Positions 46,785 through 55,308 are shown, counted from the first letter of the stretch. The stretch is 64,000 nt of DNA from a virus (IMGVR_UViG_3300037384_000074:20112-84111); one strand, 5' to 3'. Notes: generated by a model from the sequence alone, not told the origin. Translations and numbers: made by a program.

Positions 46785-46945
46785 CTGTCAATGTCAAAGA
46801 GTTGATCAAATTGCTCGAAAAGTATCCAGAAGATACTGAAGTGATTATTGATATCGGTCTTGAAAATGTGCCGATTAGTATCAAATACCGCGAAATCAAG
46901 AGTCTCAGATACAACATCGCTGACAAGAAATTGATTATTGGGTGA
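46781..46945 (+). CDS. small hypothetical protein (54 aa)
   Basis: ATGA overlap. Confidence 0.3.
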   Translation: MTVNVKELIKLLEKYPEDTEVIIDIGLENVPISIKYREIKSLRYNIADKKLIIG

Positions 46946-47007
46946 TCGGCACTATTGACCTTCGTCATAAAGGTCGTATAATACTCTCTTAAACAGGGAG
47001 ATAACTT

Positions 47008-47238
47008 ATGGCCAATCTCAAGGGAACTCTGGAAGTTGAAGCGGTAATTGATAGCCGAAAGGGTCTTTCGGAAGATTTCGTACCGGCAGGCTCCATTGGA
47101 TATGTTCTCGGAGTTCATCCCAATGGAGCCGATTGGCTCGTGCACTGGCCTAACGCCGAACGAGCCTACAAGTCTGATTGCCGCACATCTTCGCATGCGA
47201 AGATTACTCTTCGCCCTACAGGCAATCGTCATCCTTGA
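47008..47238 (+). CDS. hypothetical protein
   Basis: GGAGATAACTT ATG. Confidence 0.4.
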   Translation: MANLKGTLEVEAVIDSRKGLSEDFVPAGSIGYVLGVHPNGADWLVHWPNAERAYKSDCRTSSHAKITLRPTGNRHP

Positions 47239-47256
47239 CGATAGACTAAATAGACG

Positions 47257-47706
47257 ATGATCACTTTCAACCAATACATCACCGAGCTCTTCGATAAGGC
47301 CGCACCATACCAGATAGTAAATGAGAAGCTCACTCATTTTGGAGGGTACGTAAGATATCATTTCGAAATTGACTCGCTACAATACGACGCTTATGTTACA
47401 TACTCGTCCAAAGACAAGAGTATCAGCGTGGATTTTAAGCTAAAAAGATCCGATGGAACCTCAACTGTAGAAACTACAGGTGAAGCTGGTCACGACGCAT
47501 CTCTAAAGGTGTTCGGAACGTTAGCTGAGATATTGAGACACGCTCTCGGTAAATGGCCAAAAGCCAGAATCTTGTTCAATGGCGATGGCGATTCTAGAGT
47601 CAAACTGTACCGATCTCTCGGCATGAAGATAGCAAAGATCCTTGGATATAATTACGAGGCTGATGGCGGCGGCAACCATATTTCGATAACACTGACGCCA
47701 AAATAA
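47257..47706 (+). CDS. hypothetical protein, 149-aa family copy A (paralogue of 51979-52428)
   Basis: MITFNQYITELFDK...TTGEAGH...VKLYRSLGMK...TLTPK; about 55% identical to copy B. Confidence 0.5.
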   Translation: MITFNQYITELFDKAAPYQIVNEKLTHFGGYVRYHFEIDSLQYDAYVTYSSKDKSISVDFKLKRSDGTSTVETTGEAGHDASLKVFGTLAEILRHALGKWPKARILFNGDGDSRVKLYRSLGMKIAKILGYNYEADGGGNHISITLTPK

Positions 47707-47765
47707 CAGTGGTCTTCTAATTCAAAATATGATAATCTCCATTAGTTGATAATGGAGATTATCAA
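47707..47765 (+). promoter_or_regulatory. intergenic cassette copy 7 (first 36 nt identical to 52427-52462)
   Basis: ACAGTGGTCTTCTAATTCAAAATATGATAATCTCC then hairpin TCTCCATTA..TAATGGAGA and ATCAA ATG. Confidence 0.55.
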
Positions 47766-48026
47766 ATGTCGATTTTTGACAAAATCCAGAACCGAGAGTA
47801 TGTTAACAAGATGACATATTCATTTGATACTCGAGACGATTATGATGACGAAGGTAATCGCCTGTTTTGGCTGTTTAAGTGCGATCTTGAATCTTACTTT
47901 AGTCAAACTGGAGAGCCGAAGGCGGACATGCTTTTCGAAATAGCCTGTGAATTGGCTCGCAGCAGACATCCGCGCCCTTGCCGACAAGTCGGAGGAGGCG
48001 GAGAGTTGGACGATTCTGTGCTTTGA
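47766..48026 (+). CDS. hypothetical protein
   Basis: 86-aa ORF. Confidence 0.35.
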   Translation: MSIFDKIQNREYVNKMTYSFDTRDDYDDEGNRLFWLFKCDLESYFSQTGEPKADMLFEIACELARSRHPRPCRQVGGGGELDDSVL

Positions 48027-48284
48027 CGACCCTCCGCCTACCCCGGAAGGATACACCCTTGAAGTTCAATGTCAGATGACTGAAGAACGTAATTTCCGAC
48101 AAAAGGTCTTTATCCGAGTCTGTAGAGATAGCGGTTTCAAACTAGAACCGAGTAGAGCCGCACAGTTTGCGGCTCAACTTATTGGTATACATCCGTTTGA
48201 AATCCTAAACGCAATCGGCTGTCTCAACACAATGAACCAGATCGCAGATGGCACTCATCCTGTACTACAAATGGAAGAATATAA

Positions 48285-48650
48285 ATGATCAAGCCTGGAA
48301 CATACACCCAAAATCCATACCAGTCCCATTATGGCCAGGGATCTCTATTAATTGCAGATGAGTTGATTGGCAGAATTCTCGACGACGACTGTATGGCTGT
48401 TCTCTGGAGCTACGATCCACACTGCATCCGAGTATCAACAGGATCGTTGACGTGTGACGGCCACTCTAATCGGATTACAGTGATCGTTAGCCAGCTTGGA
48501 CGTGTCGAAGGCGTTTGGTGGGAGCATAATATATACCTGCCAGATGATGTTAAGGGTGGATCTGGTTCACTAAGACATCGTATGAAGAGCAATCCACAGC
48601 TACTCGATCAGATCGATCTTGACAGGGCTGACCGTTATAGGAGAGTTTGA
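48285..48650 (+). CDS. hypothetical protein
   Basis: 121-aa ORF. Confidence 0.4.
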   Translation: MIKPGTYTQNPYQSHYGQGSLLIADELIGRILDDDCMAVLWSYDPHCIRVSTGSLTCDGHSNRITVIVSQLGRVEGVWWEHNIYLPDDVKGGSGSLRHRMKSNPQLLDQIDLDRADRYRRV

Positions 48651-48651
48651 C

Positions 48652-48801
48652 GTGAATCTGCAAGAAATTTTCGATAAGGTATATCTCGGTCTCAAACAAC
48701 AGAACTTCGATAAGTCGATCAATGTTATACATGGGACTCGAACCTGTCAGTACCGTGAAGTCCATGTAAATAATTTTGTAGCTCAGGAAACGGCCGCATG
48801 A
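48652..48801 (+). CDS. truncated fourth member of the MLTKQEIF family (GTG start)
   Basis: NLQEIFDKVYLGLKQQNFDKS; AGGAGAG RBS before GTG 48652. Confidence 0.3.
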   Translation: MNLQEIFDKVYLGLKQQNFDKSINVIHGTRTCQYREVHVNNFVAQETAA

Positions 48802-48974
48802 TTAACTGGTTTAAAGATCGATATTGGCCAATGGAATATGTCGAATTTGATTTCATTGACATCGTATCCGGAAACAGTGTCAATCGATATCGCACCGCCG
48901 GCACCGGCCAGATTGTGATGGCTGAAAGTCGTTGGTCATTTTTCCGAGTTCCTTCGTCAAAAGGTGTGAAATGA
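48798..48974 (+). CDS. small hypothetical protein (58 aa)
   Basis: ATGA overlaps at both ends. Confidence 0.3.
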   Translation: MINWFKDRYWPMEYVEFDFIDIVSGNSVNRYRTAGTGQIVMAESRWSFFRVPSSKGVK

Positions 48975-49453
48975 ATATCGAACGGTTGATCGAAATCGCT
49001 GAAATCCTCGAGACGCGATCCTACACTGAGCAATTTGATGTAGGATTCAACATGGCGTATGTTATTACGCCAGCCGCCGAACCAACCCACCTAGGCCCTT
49101 TGACAAATAAGGAGGAGCATGAGTGTGGGACGACCTGCTGTATTGCAGGTATCGCTGCGCTTAGATACCGGCCGGAAATGTTCCACAAAGATTACGTCAT
49201 TTATGATTCAGTATTCATCAGCCCGTTGTATGGCGTAGTTGATATTGCCGAGGAGGTTCTTGGGCTAGATTCCGAAACGGCAGAAAGTCTGTTCTTTCCG
49301 TTGGATGGAATAGTCGCAGGCAGCAACATTAATTGGCGTGACATCAAACCTGAGACTGCTGCCAAAGTGATTCGTAATTTGGTCGCAACTGGTAAGGTTG
49401 ATTGGACAACTCCCGTACTCGAGCAGATAGCTGAGACAGCACCACATCTATAG
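48971..49453 (+). CDS. hypothetical protein, Cys-motif family copy A (paralogue of 53312-53743)
   Basis: MNIERLIEIAEILETRSY...CGTTCCIAG shared with 53312. Confidence 0.5.
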   Translation: MNIERLIEIAEILETRSYTEQFDVGFNMAYVITPAAEPTHLGPLTNKEEHECGTTCCIAGIAALRYRPEMFHKDYVIYDSVFISPLYGVVDIAEEVLGLDSETAESLFFPLDGIVAGSNINWRDIKPETAAKVIRNLVATGKVDWTTPVLEQIAETAPHL

Positions 49454-49596
49454 GAGCATTAACAATGTATATCGTTTATTCGTTCGGCGACTACTATTTG
49501 ACATCTATTCCGGAAACGTGGACATGTCCTGGCCCTTCGGACAGTGTTACGCTGATTCCAGGAACCCTGGACCCCAACGAAGATTGAAACAAATTC

Positions 49597-49680
49597 ACTA
49601 GGTATGCAGAATGGGGCTGCCGGCTGCTCATAACGGTCTCCCGCAAGGGCGAGTAGGTTCGATTCCTACACCTAGTACCA
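49597..49680 (+). tRNA. tRNA-like gene, anticodon CAU (Met or Ile-lysidine), encoded CCA, atypical long variable arm
   Basis: 7-bp acceptor stem ACTAGGT/ACCTAGT; D arm GCAG-aatgggg-CTGC; anticodon loop CUCAUAA; T arm GTAGG-TTCGATT-CCTAC; discriminator A then CCA. A 14-nt variable arm and A at position 8 are atypical. Confidence 0.5.
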
Positions 49681-49696
49681 ATTTCCAGAGGTTGTT

Positions 49697-49969
49697 ATGA
49701 TTATAGTTGTCTGGTTTGTTGTGGGGTTTGCGTCCTCAGTATATCTGTGGCGGATAATGTCTTATGATCACTCTGACTTCAAAGTGTCATCCTTAATTGG
49801 ATGTTTACTGGCCGCAATTCCTGCTCCTATCACTTTTGGTGTGGCAGTTGTAAGTGCTATTGTCGAGCTGGCGATGTGGCTATATGACTTGGCCGTCAAC
49901 TGCGACCTCAACAAAGTGATTATTCGAAGAAAGCCAAAATATGGAAACTACGACAATGTCAGATTCTGA
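49697..49969 (+). CDS. small membrane protein (family with 44274 and 44912)
   Basis: Two TM helices. Confidence 0.45.
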   Translation: MIIVVWFVVGFASSVYLWRIMSYDHSDFKVSSLIGCLLAAIPAPITFGVAVVSAIVELAMWLYDLAVNCDLNKVIIRRKPKYGNYDNVRF

Positions 49970-50321
49970 ACCTGAAGATCCGCTACTGAACAGACTCCGA
50001 GCACTGGCGCTTGATGCCAGTCTTTCCGATGGATGGGAAGACACTGAAGCTGATATTCTATTAGCAGTGGAGATTATCAAGAATCTCACGGCTTTCAATC
50101 TGGCCTCTCTCGAGAAAGACAAGACTCATCGTGAAGAGTTGGAACGTTATATCAAGATGATCAAGGATCTTGAAGAGCAGATCAACAAAAAGGACGAAGC
50201 TCTCGATTGGTATGATGAGCACGGTGCTGGTTGTCGTAAACTAGGTAGTGTCGGCGATCCGTTTCGCCACGCACTTGATGCAGATGGCGGAAAGCGAGCT
50301 CGTGAAGCTAGAATGTGTTGA
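49956..50321 (+). CDS. hypothetical protein
   Basis: ORF 49941-50321; acidic N-terminus, coiled-coil. Confidence 0.4.
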   Translation: MSDSEPEDPLLNRLRALALDASLSDGWEDTEADILLAVEIIKNLTAFNLASLEKDKTHREELERYIKMIKDLEEQINKKDEALDWYDEHGAGCRKLGSVGDPFRHALDADGGKRAREARMC

Positions 50322-50371
50322 CCTTAAACTGATGAAGTGATATGATCCTTTATCAACCAAGGGAGACTCCA
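50318..50371 (+). promoter_or_regulatory. cassette copy 8 carrying a sigma70-like promoter
   Basis: TTGACC-N17-TATGAT, then CCTTTATCAACCAAGGGAGACTCCA ATG. Confidence 0.5.
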
Positions 50372-50581
50372 ATGACGATGATTGTGCACTATCCGTCCAA
50401 GAAAGTCCTGAAGGAAAATATCGGCGAGAAGCTCAACTATACCGAGACGTCGATGTTCGGTGAAGAATACAAGAGCAACGGAACTTTTGCTGTCGCGAAT
50501 CGGCCGCATATTACCAAGATTGGTCGAGAATTTTTCGCTGAAGTGACGATGGAAAATGATCTGATCAAGAAGGTCGTTTGA
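50372..50581 (+). CDS. hypothetical protein
   Basis: 69 aa from ATG 50372. Confidence 0.4.
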   Translation: MTMIVHYPSKKVLKENIGEKLNYTETSMFGEEYKSNGTFAVANRPHITKIGREFFAEVTMENDLIKKVV

Positions 50582-50592
50582 GTCGTCAGTTA

Positions 50593-50620
50593 ATACCCTG
50601 GAGAATTCTCCAGGGTATTT
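50593..50620 (+). terminator. palindromic hairpin, possible terminator
   Basis: ATACCCTGGAGAATTCTCCAGGGTAT perfect palindrome followed by TTG. Confidence 0.4.
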
Positions 50621-50651
50621 GCGGGTGTCTTGCCCTGTTTGGAGAAGTCAA

Positions 50652-50807
50652 ATGAACCTTCGTCAGATGAAGACCAATGAACTTGCCCTACTTTTGCACG
50701 GCCTTCGTGCTGTTATGGTTGCTGATGAGGAAGAAACTCGTCAGCGATTGATTTCGAAGCTGGAAAGCGAGCTTGCGGCGCGTGGAGTAGCACTCGCCGA
50801 AGTGTGA
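50652..50807 (+). CDS. hypothetical protein
   Basis: GGAGAAGTCAA ATG. Confidence 0.35.
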   Translation: MNLRQMKTNELALLLHGLRAVMVADEEETRQRLISKLESELAARGVALAEV

Positions 50808-50812
50808 AACTA

Positions 50813-50873
50813 ACAGTGGGCCCTCTTCCGGAAATGGTAGAGGGTCTTTCTGCGTTCAGAACAGGAGATCAAT
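50813..50873 (+). promoter_or_regulatory. intergenic cassette copy 9
   Basis: ACAGTGGGCCCTCT...AGAGGGTCTTT hairpin + CAGAACAGGAGATCAAT ATG. Confidence 0.5.
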
Positions 50874-51233
50874 ATGTCACGGAACTTCAACGTCACCGCA
50901 ATTTATGTGATCACCGAGCAGGTTCCAGTTCCGGATCATTCAGGAAATCCATACACACCTGAAGTATATAAAGCTGGTACAATTTGCGCTCTCGGAGAGG
51001 ATCGTGAATGGTATCTCTATACCCATAGATTCACTGATGAAGGCGATCTACATTCCAGCTCATGGCCTCGAATCAATAAAGGACTTATCAGTCTGTTTCG
51101 TGATTATTGGCGCGTCATAGTGCACGATGATCATCTATATCTACCTTCTGATCGGATTTCTCCTATTAATAAGTCATTTAAGGCTGCTAAAAAGCGCCTT
51201 ATCAAGGGCACTCATGTTAAGGGAGTTGTGTGA
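50874..51233 (+). CDS. hypothetical protein
   Basis: 119-aa ORF. Confidence 0.45.
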   Translation: MSRNFNVTAIYVITEQVPVPDHSGNPYTPEVYKAGTICALGEDREWYLYTHRFTDEGDLHSSSWPRINKGLISLFRDYWRVIVHDDHLYLPSDRISPINKSFKAAKKRLIKGTHVKGVV

Positions 51234-51433
51234 TGACACATTATGCTTTAGCAATATGTGAGAACCGCAGGTGGTCGGTAGTTGCATCACACTCATTATA
51301 TGGAGTCCTTTTAGGTACACGGGATTCCTTATATGATCAAATTCCAATTAAAATGACCAAAATCCTTGTTTTGGAGACGGCCGACCAAGAGGAGATTGAT
51401 CGACGAATCGCAGAATTGAACCGAAAGAAATAA
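51230..51433 (+). CDS. hypothetical protein
   Basis: ATGA overlap. Confidence 0.4.
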   Translation: MMTHYALAICENRRWSVVASHSLYGVLLGTRDSLYDQIPIKMTKILVLETADQEEIDRRIAELNRKK

Positions 51434-51494
51434 TAGTGGACCCTCTTCCAGAAATGGTGGAGGGTCTTAATATGTTCGGTTGAGGAGACATCAA
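51434..51494 (+). promoter_or_regulatory. intergenic cassette copy 10
   Basis: TAGTGGACCCTC...GAGGGTCTT hairpin + GAGGAGACATCAA ATG. Confidence 0.5.
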
Positions 51495-51683
51495 ATGTTG
51501 AAGCTCTGGGAAGTTCGGCAGGATGGTAAGCGAGTCGCTACTTATTACGCGAAGAATGAAAAGCATGCAGTGCAGCGTCATAAGGATGACCAGATGCAAT
51601 ATGCAGCTTCCTTTCGACGTTCCCATGGAATCGGCACACTCGAAAATCTGACCGCTGTTCAGATTGAACCTCATAAGGATTGA
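51495..51683 (+). CDS. hypothetical protein
   Basis: 62-aa ORF. Confidence 0.4.
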   Translation: MLKLWEVRQDGKRVATYYAKNEKHAVQRHKDDQMQYAASFRRSHGIGTLENLTAVQIEPHKD

Positions 51684-51955
51684 ATATGAATGCTCCTTTA
51701 ATTTCTAAGGTTGATCGTCCACTCAAAGGAGTGGATCTATCGCCGTACCTCCCTGATCTAATCAAATTCGACCAGCCTCCATTCGTGCTCGAAATTGGTC
51801 CTTTGGATGAACTTCGGGCTCGAATTTGGCCTCAGTTGGCTGAGCGAACGGTACTAACGCTTGTCTGCATCACTCGTGAAATATACCGAGAGTTGGCGCT
51901 CAGAGCGTTGATGGGTGAATATGTGCCAGAGTATAATGGGGTTGACACCAAGTGA
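51680..51955 (+). CDS. hypothetical protein
   Basis: ATGA overlap. Confidence 0.4.
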   Translation: MNMNAPLISKVDRPLKGVDLSPYLPDLIKFDQPPFVLEIGPLDELRARIWPQLAERTVLTLVCITREIYRELALRALMGEYVPEYNGVDTK

Positions 51956-51978
51956 TTTAATTATCTCATAAATAATCG

Positions 51979-52428
51979 ATGATCACTTTCAACCAATATC
52001 TCACTGAACTCTTTGACAAAGCTGTGCCGTACCAGTCGGTAAAGACTACAATAAACAGCTATGGAAGCTTCACTAAATTTAAATTTACAGTTGGTTCGCA
52101 CTATTTCGAAGTCAATATAGCTTATACGACAGGTGATAATAACATCGAAGTAGACTTTTACCTACTAAACCCTGATGGCAGCACGACAGTAAAAACTACA
52201 GGGGAGGCTGGTCATCAGGTTTCCGTAAAAGTATTTGCCACTGTGGCTGACATTCTCAAGCATGCTCTCAAGAATTGGCCAAATGCTAGAATCACGTTTA
52301 TTGGAGATGGTTTATCTAAAGTAAAACTGTACCGATCTCTTGGGATGAAATTAGCGAAAGTCCTCAATTACAAATATGATGAGCGCGGTGCAGGTGATTG
52401 GATCGGAGTCGTCCTAACACCAAAATAA
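51979..52428 (+). CDS. hypothetical protein, 149-aa family copy B
   Basis: Same length as copy A, with a shared N-terminus (MITFNQY.TELFDKA.PYQ) and C-terminus (KLYRSLGMK). Confidence 0.5.
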   Translation: MITFNQYLTELFDKAVPYQSVKTTINSYGSFTKFKFTVGSHYFEVNIAYTTGDNNIEVDFYLLNPDGSTTVKTTGEAGHQVSVKVFATVADILKHALKNWPNARITFIGDGLSKVKLYRSLGMKLAKVLNYKYDERGAGDWIGVVLTPK

Positions 52429-52486
52429 CAGTGGTCTTCTAATTCAAAATATGATAATCTCCTTTATCAACTGAGGGAGAGTTCAA
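52429..52486 (+). promoter_or_regulatory. intergenic cassette copy 11
   Basis: ACAGTGGTCTTCTAATTCAAAATATGATAATCTCC + TTTATCAACTGAGGGAGAGTTCAA ATG. Confidence 0.55.
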
Positions 52487-52885
52487 ATGTCCATGTCATT
52501 CATCGGCGCAAAGCGTTCCTCGAACAATAACCTTGTTCCTGTCTATGACCTTGTGAAGATCCTCAACGAACGGATCTATGGAGATCCTCTTGATGTCGAG
52601 GACATGGGTGAACCCAATCCTTACTACGAGCCTGATGCTGATTTCAATGTAGCTAGCGGAAATGCTAAGTGGATCATCGAAGATCTCCTCGGTTACAAGA
52701 TCGAGGATGGCTACGTTGAGATGGAGATCGAAGATCTCGAGAGGAGAATCGTTGAAGCTTCTTCGAAGCTATCGAGCAGAAAATATTATTCGGAACGTAA
52801 TTATGCTATGAGCTTCTTCGTCCGGACGAAGAAGCTCATCGACTTCTCCCAGGCACGTGGTGCCACACATATCTATGGAGCCTAA
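52487..52885 (+). CDS. hypothetical protein
   Basis: 132-aa ORF. Confidence 0.45.
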   Translation: MSMSFIGAKRSSNNNLVPVYDLVKILNERIYGDPLDVEDMGEPNPYYEPDADFNVASGNAKWIIEDLLGYKIEDGYVEMEIEDLERRIVEASSKLSSRKYYSERNYAMSFFVRTKKLIDFSQARGATHIYGA

Positions 52886-52887
52886 CA

Positions 52888-53322
52888 GTGATTCATATTG
52901 ATTCTATCCGGCATATTGCCAAGCTGATTCGACCCTCTAACGGTGTTCGGGCAAATGTGATGTACCGCGACCCGGAACCTATTCGAATCGCTGCAGATTT
53001 TATCGACCAGGAAGTTGCTCGACGTGACCTTGCACTTAAAACTCCGTGGTCTGAACAGCCACTCGAAGTGTTGTACGAAGCCGTCAATCAGCTTCAAGAC
53101 CCTTATGATCCTAACAGTAAGGATGGCCAACTTAATTACAAGATTGCAGAATCTCTCATGACGATTGAATCCGCTCTGAAACAGCTTGAGGATCTGATCA
53201 GTATGAATGAGACTTATACTGACGATCGTGGAACAGTTTGGACTCGACCAACCGCAGAAGCGTATGCCCGTGCTTGTCGCACGATTGAAAATCTGAGGAA
53301 GGAACACTCTGATGAACGTTGA
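52888..53322 (+). CDS. hypothetical protein
   Basis: 144 aa, GTG start. Confidence 0.45.
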   Translation: MIHIDSIRHIAKLIRPSNGVRANVMYRDPEPIRIAADFIDQEVARRDLALKTPWSEQPLEVLYEAVNQLQDPYDPNSKDGQLNYKIAESLMTIESALKQLEDLISMNETYTDDRGTVWTRPTAEAYARACRTIENLRKEHSDER

Positions 53323-53743
53323 GCGATTGACTGAAATTGCAGCGATTCTCGAGACTGAATCTTACTCCAAAGAGTTGGGCGTTGGGTTCAGCATGGATCG
53401 AATCTTCGGCCACGTGGAAACTATGGAAGGCGTTGAACTCCAATTTTCACATGGTTGCGGAACGGTATGTTGCATTGCAGGACTTGCGGCGGTCAAATAT
53501 ACACCTAATTCATTTTTGGTCGTCGATGGGAAATGTCGTCAAATTTCTGGTTTCAAGAACGGCATCGAGTTTCTCGCAATAACGGCACTTGACCTCAGTT
53601 TTGACGAGGCTGAAGAGCTCTTTTACCCCACTATTGAAGGTGCAGATATAATTGATTATCAAGGAATCTCGCCAAGTGAGGCCGCGAAAGTAATTCGAAA
53701 TTTTATTGAGAATAAGAGGATTGATTGGAGCATCATTCTATGA
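53312..53743 (+). CDS. hypothetical protein, Cys-motif family copy B
   Basis: MNVERLTEIAAILETESY...CGTVCCIAG. Confidence 0.5.
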   Translation: MNVERLTEIAAILETESYSKELGVGFSMDRIFGHVETMEGVELQFSHGCGTVCCIAGLAAVKYTPNSFLVVDGKCRQISGFKNGIEFLAITALDLSFDEAEELFYPTIEGADIIDYQGISPSEAAKVIRNFIENKRIDWSIIL

Positions 53744-53904
53744 GCCACACTATCAGATATCCCGTGTTCGTTACACCGGACGGAGATCGTTTTGTCTTTC
53801 CGAGCATCGTTGAAGACCTCTCGAGGGACAAAACGATTGACTTTTTCCAATGTTTGGAGCTGACCATGACGCTCGGTCTCGAAAAAGGAAGAGTCGCCAA
53901 TTGA
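53740..53904 (+). CDS. small hypothetical protein (54 aa)
   Basis: ATGA overlap. Confidence 0.3.
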   Translation: MSHTIRYPVFVTPDGDRFVFPSIVEDLSRDKTIDFFQCLELTMTLGLEKGRVAN

Positions 53905-54042
53905 AGCGATCGTCGAAGGCGATTATGTCATGCTTCCTCATATCGACACTGAAATGGGACATAGTTCATTCCTTCATGGCCGTGCGACTGTCTGGCTAAT
54001 TGGCGGCCCGACGTTTGAATCAGTTAAAAATGGAACATCAAC

Positions 54043-54756
54043 ATGAGTTTTATCTCAGCAATTATTGACTTCTTTCGTGGACTATTTGGTGGAAAGAAGT
54101 CCAAGGCTCCGACTGAATTTCCAATTGTTCAGCGACCCGTACCACCTGATGAACTAACGGCAGATGTGGTTGTTACTCTTGATGGTAACAGCATGTCATA
54201 TGCGTATGCTCCGATTCTGAAAGAGAAGCTGAAGGCTGCATACGGTGACAATGTCCAGTTCTTTGACTTCTCGATTCCTGGACAGACGACTCGGCAGATG
54301 TCTGCTTCTGCGAAGGAAGTTGACGCGATCCCTGCGAAGGATCAGTCCAAACGACATATTCTTGTTGTATGGGAAATCCGCAACGAGATGAACCTAGGAA
54401 TTGCCAGTTCGGCCAGAGAAGCCGTTGACAATATGAAGAGGTATTGTCACGAACGTTTCCTTGCCGGGTTTGACACGATCATTCTTCTTGGTCCTCTTCC
54501 ATCCGGAGGCAGTTTTGGCGGATCGTGGAATGCCATATCTCACATTGAGGTTACGAGTATTCTGGCAAAAGAGACGCCGGCTTTCTGTGATTATTTTGTC
54601 AACCTATATCAGCTTTGTCCGCAGCTTCGTACGCCGAGTGATCGAAAGTACTTCAAGGAAGACATGTTGCATTTAACTGATGCTGGCAGTGAAATCGTTG
54701 CGAGTGAAGTAATCGACTCAATTGACGAATTACTTCAACTGGATGGGAATGTGTAA
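54043..54756 (+). CDS. SGNH/GDSL-family hydrolase
   Basis: Block I VVVTLDGNSMSY (GDS-like), block II IPGQTT, block V MLHLTDAG (DxxH). Confidence 0.55.
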   Translation: MSFISAIIDFFRGLFGGKKSKAPTEFPIVQRPVPPDELTADVVVTLDGNSMSYAYAPILKEKLKAAYGDNVQFFDFSIPGQTTRQMSASAKEVDAIPAKDQSKRHILVVWEIRNEMNLGIASSAREAVDNMKRYCHERFLAGFDTIILLGPLPSGGSFGGSWNAISHIEVTSILAKETPAFCDYFVNLYQLCPQLRTPSDRKYFKEDMLHLTDAGSEIVASEVIDSIDELLQLDGNV

Positions 54757-55000
54757 TGGAAGCAAAGAAACTGGCTACACTCCCATGAATCCTTACTGTG
54801 TCCTTCACAAGAACCTTACTCCAGGCTTCTGGTATCTGAGAGTGGATTATGAGCCATTCTACGATATTGTCAGCATCGTAAAAATGATGGTTGGGCCGGA
54901 TGAAGGTGAACTTGTCGTTTTCTCGATTGACCACGAAGGTTATCACTATATTGCAGACTTTGCGAACGATCAGTTTATCTGTAGGGTTCCAGGTCCATGA
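54722..55000 (+). CDS. hypothetical protein
   Basis: Start ambiguous (ATGs at 54722, 54743, 54749, 54787). Confidence 0.35.
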   Translation: MTNYFNWMGMCNGSKETGYTPMNPYCVLHKNLTPGFWYLRVDYEPFYDIVSIVKMMVGPDEGELVVFSIDHEGYHYIADFANDQFICRVPGP

Positions 55001-55308
55001 CCCCTTTATACGATCCTGAACTAGCAGCCAAAGTCACTAAATCTGGACAAGAAGCGATTAAGTCGATGACAGCCTCAATCAAAGTATGGGTGATTCGTGG
55101 CCAGATGATGGTCAACACGAGTGCACTTGAGTGGCATGACCCTGATCATCCGTACAACCAGATTAAGTCGCAAGGCCTAATACCTGAGTACTACGGATAC
55201 TCCCATCCGCTACATGAGCGATTCAAGGACAACTCTAGAGGTGACTTGATCGACATGATTGTAGATCTTGAAACACAGTTAGTTGGTTATATGAGGGAAT
55301 TTGGATGA
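54997..55308 (+). CDS. hypothetical protein
   Basis: ATGA overlap. Confidence 0.4.
   Translation: MTPLYDPELAAKVTKSGQEAIKSMTASIKVWVIRGQMMVNTSALEWHDPDHPYNQIKSQGLIPEYYGYSHPLHERFKDNSRGDLIDMIVDLETQLVGYMREFG

Noticed and set aside
38252-52492. Possibility that the recurring 55-60-bp cassettes form a CRISPR array
   Set aside because: Spacing is irregular (0.1-5 kb). The intervening segments are protein-coding ORFs with RBSs, and the repeats contain hairpin + SD rather than a uniform direct repeat.
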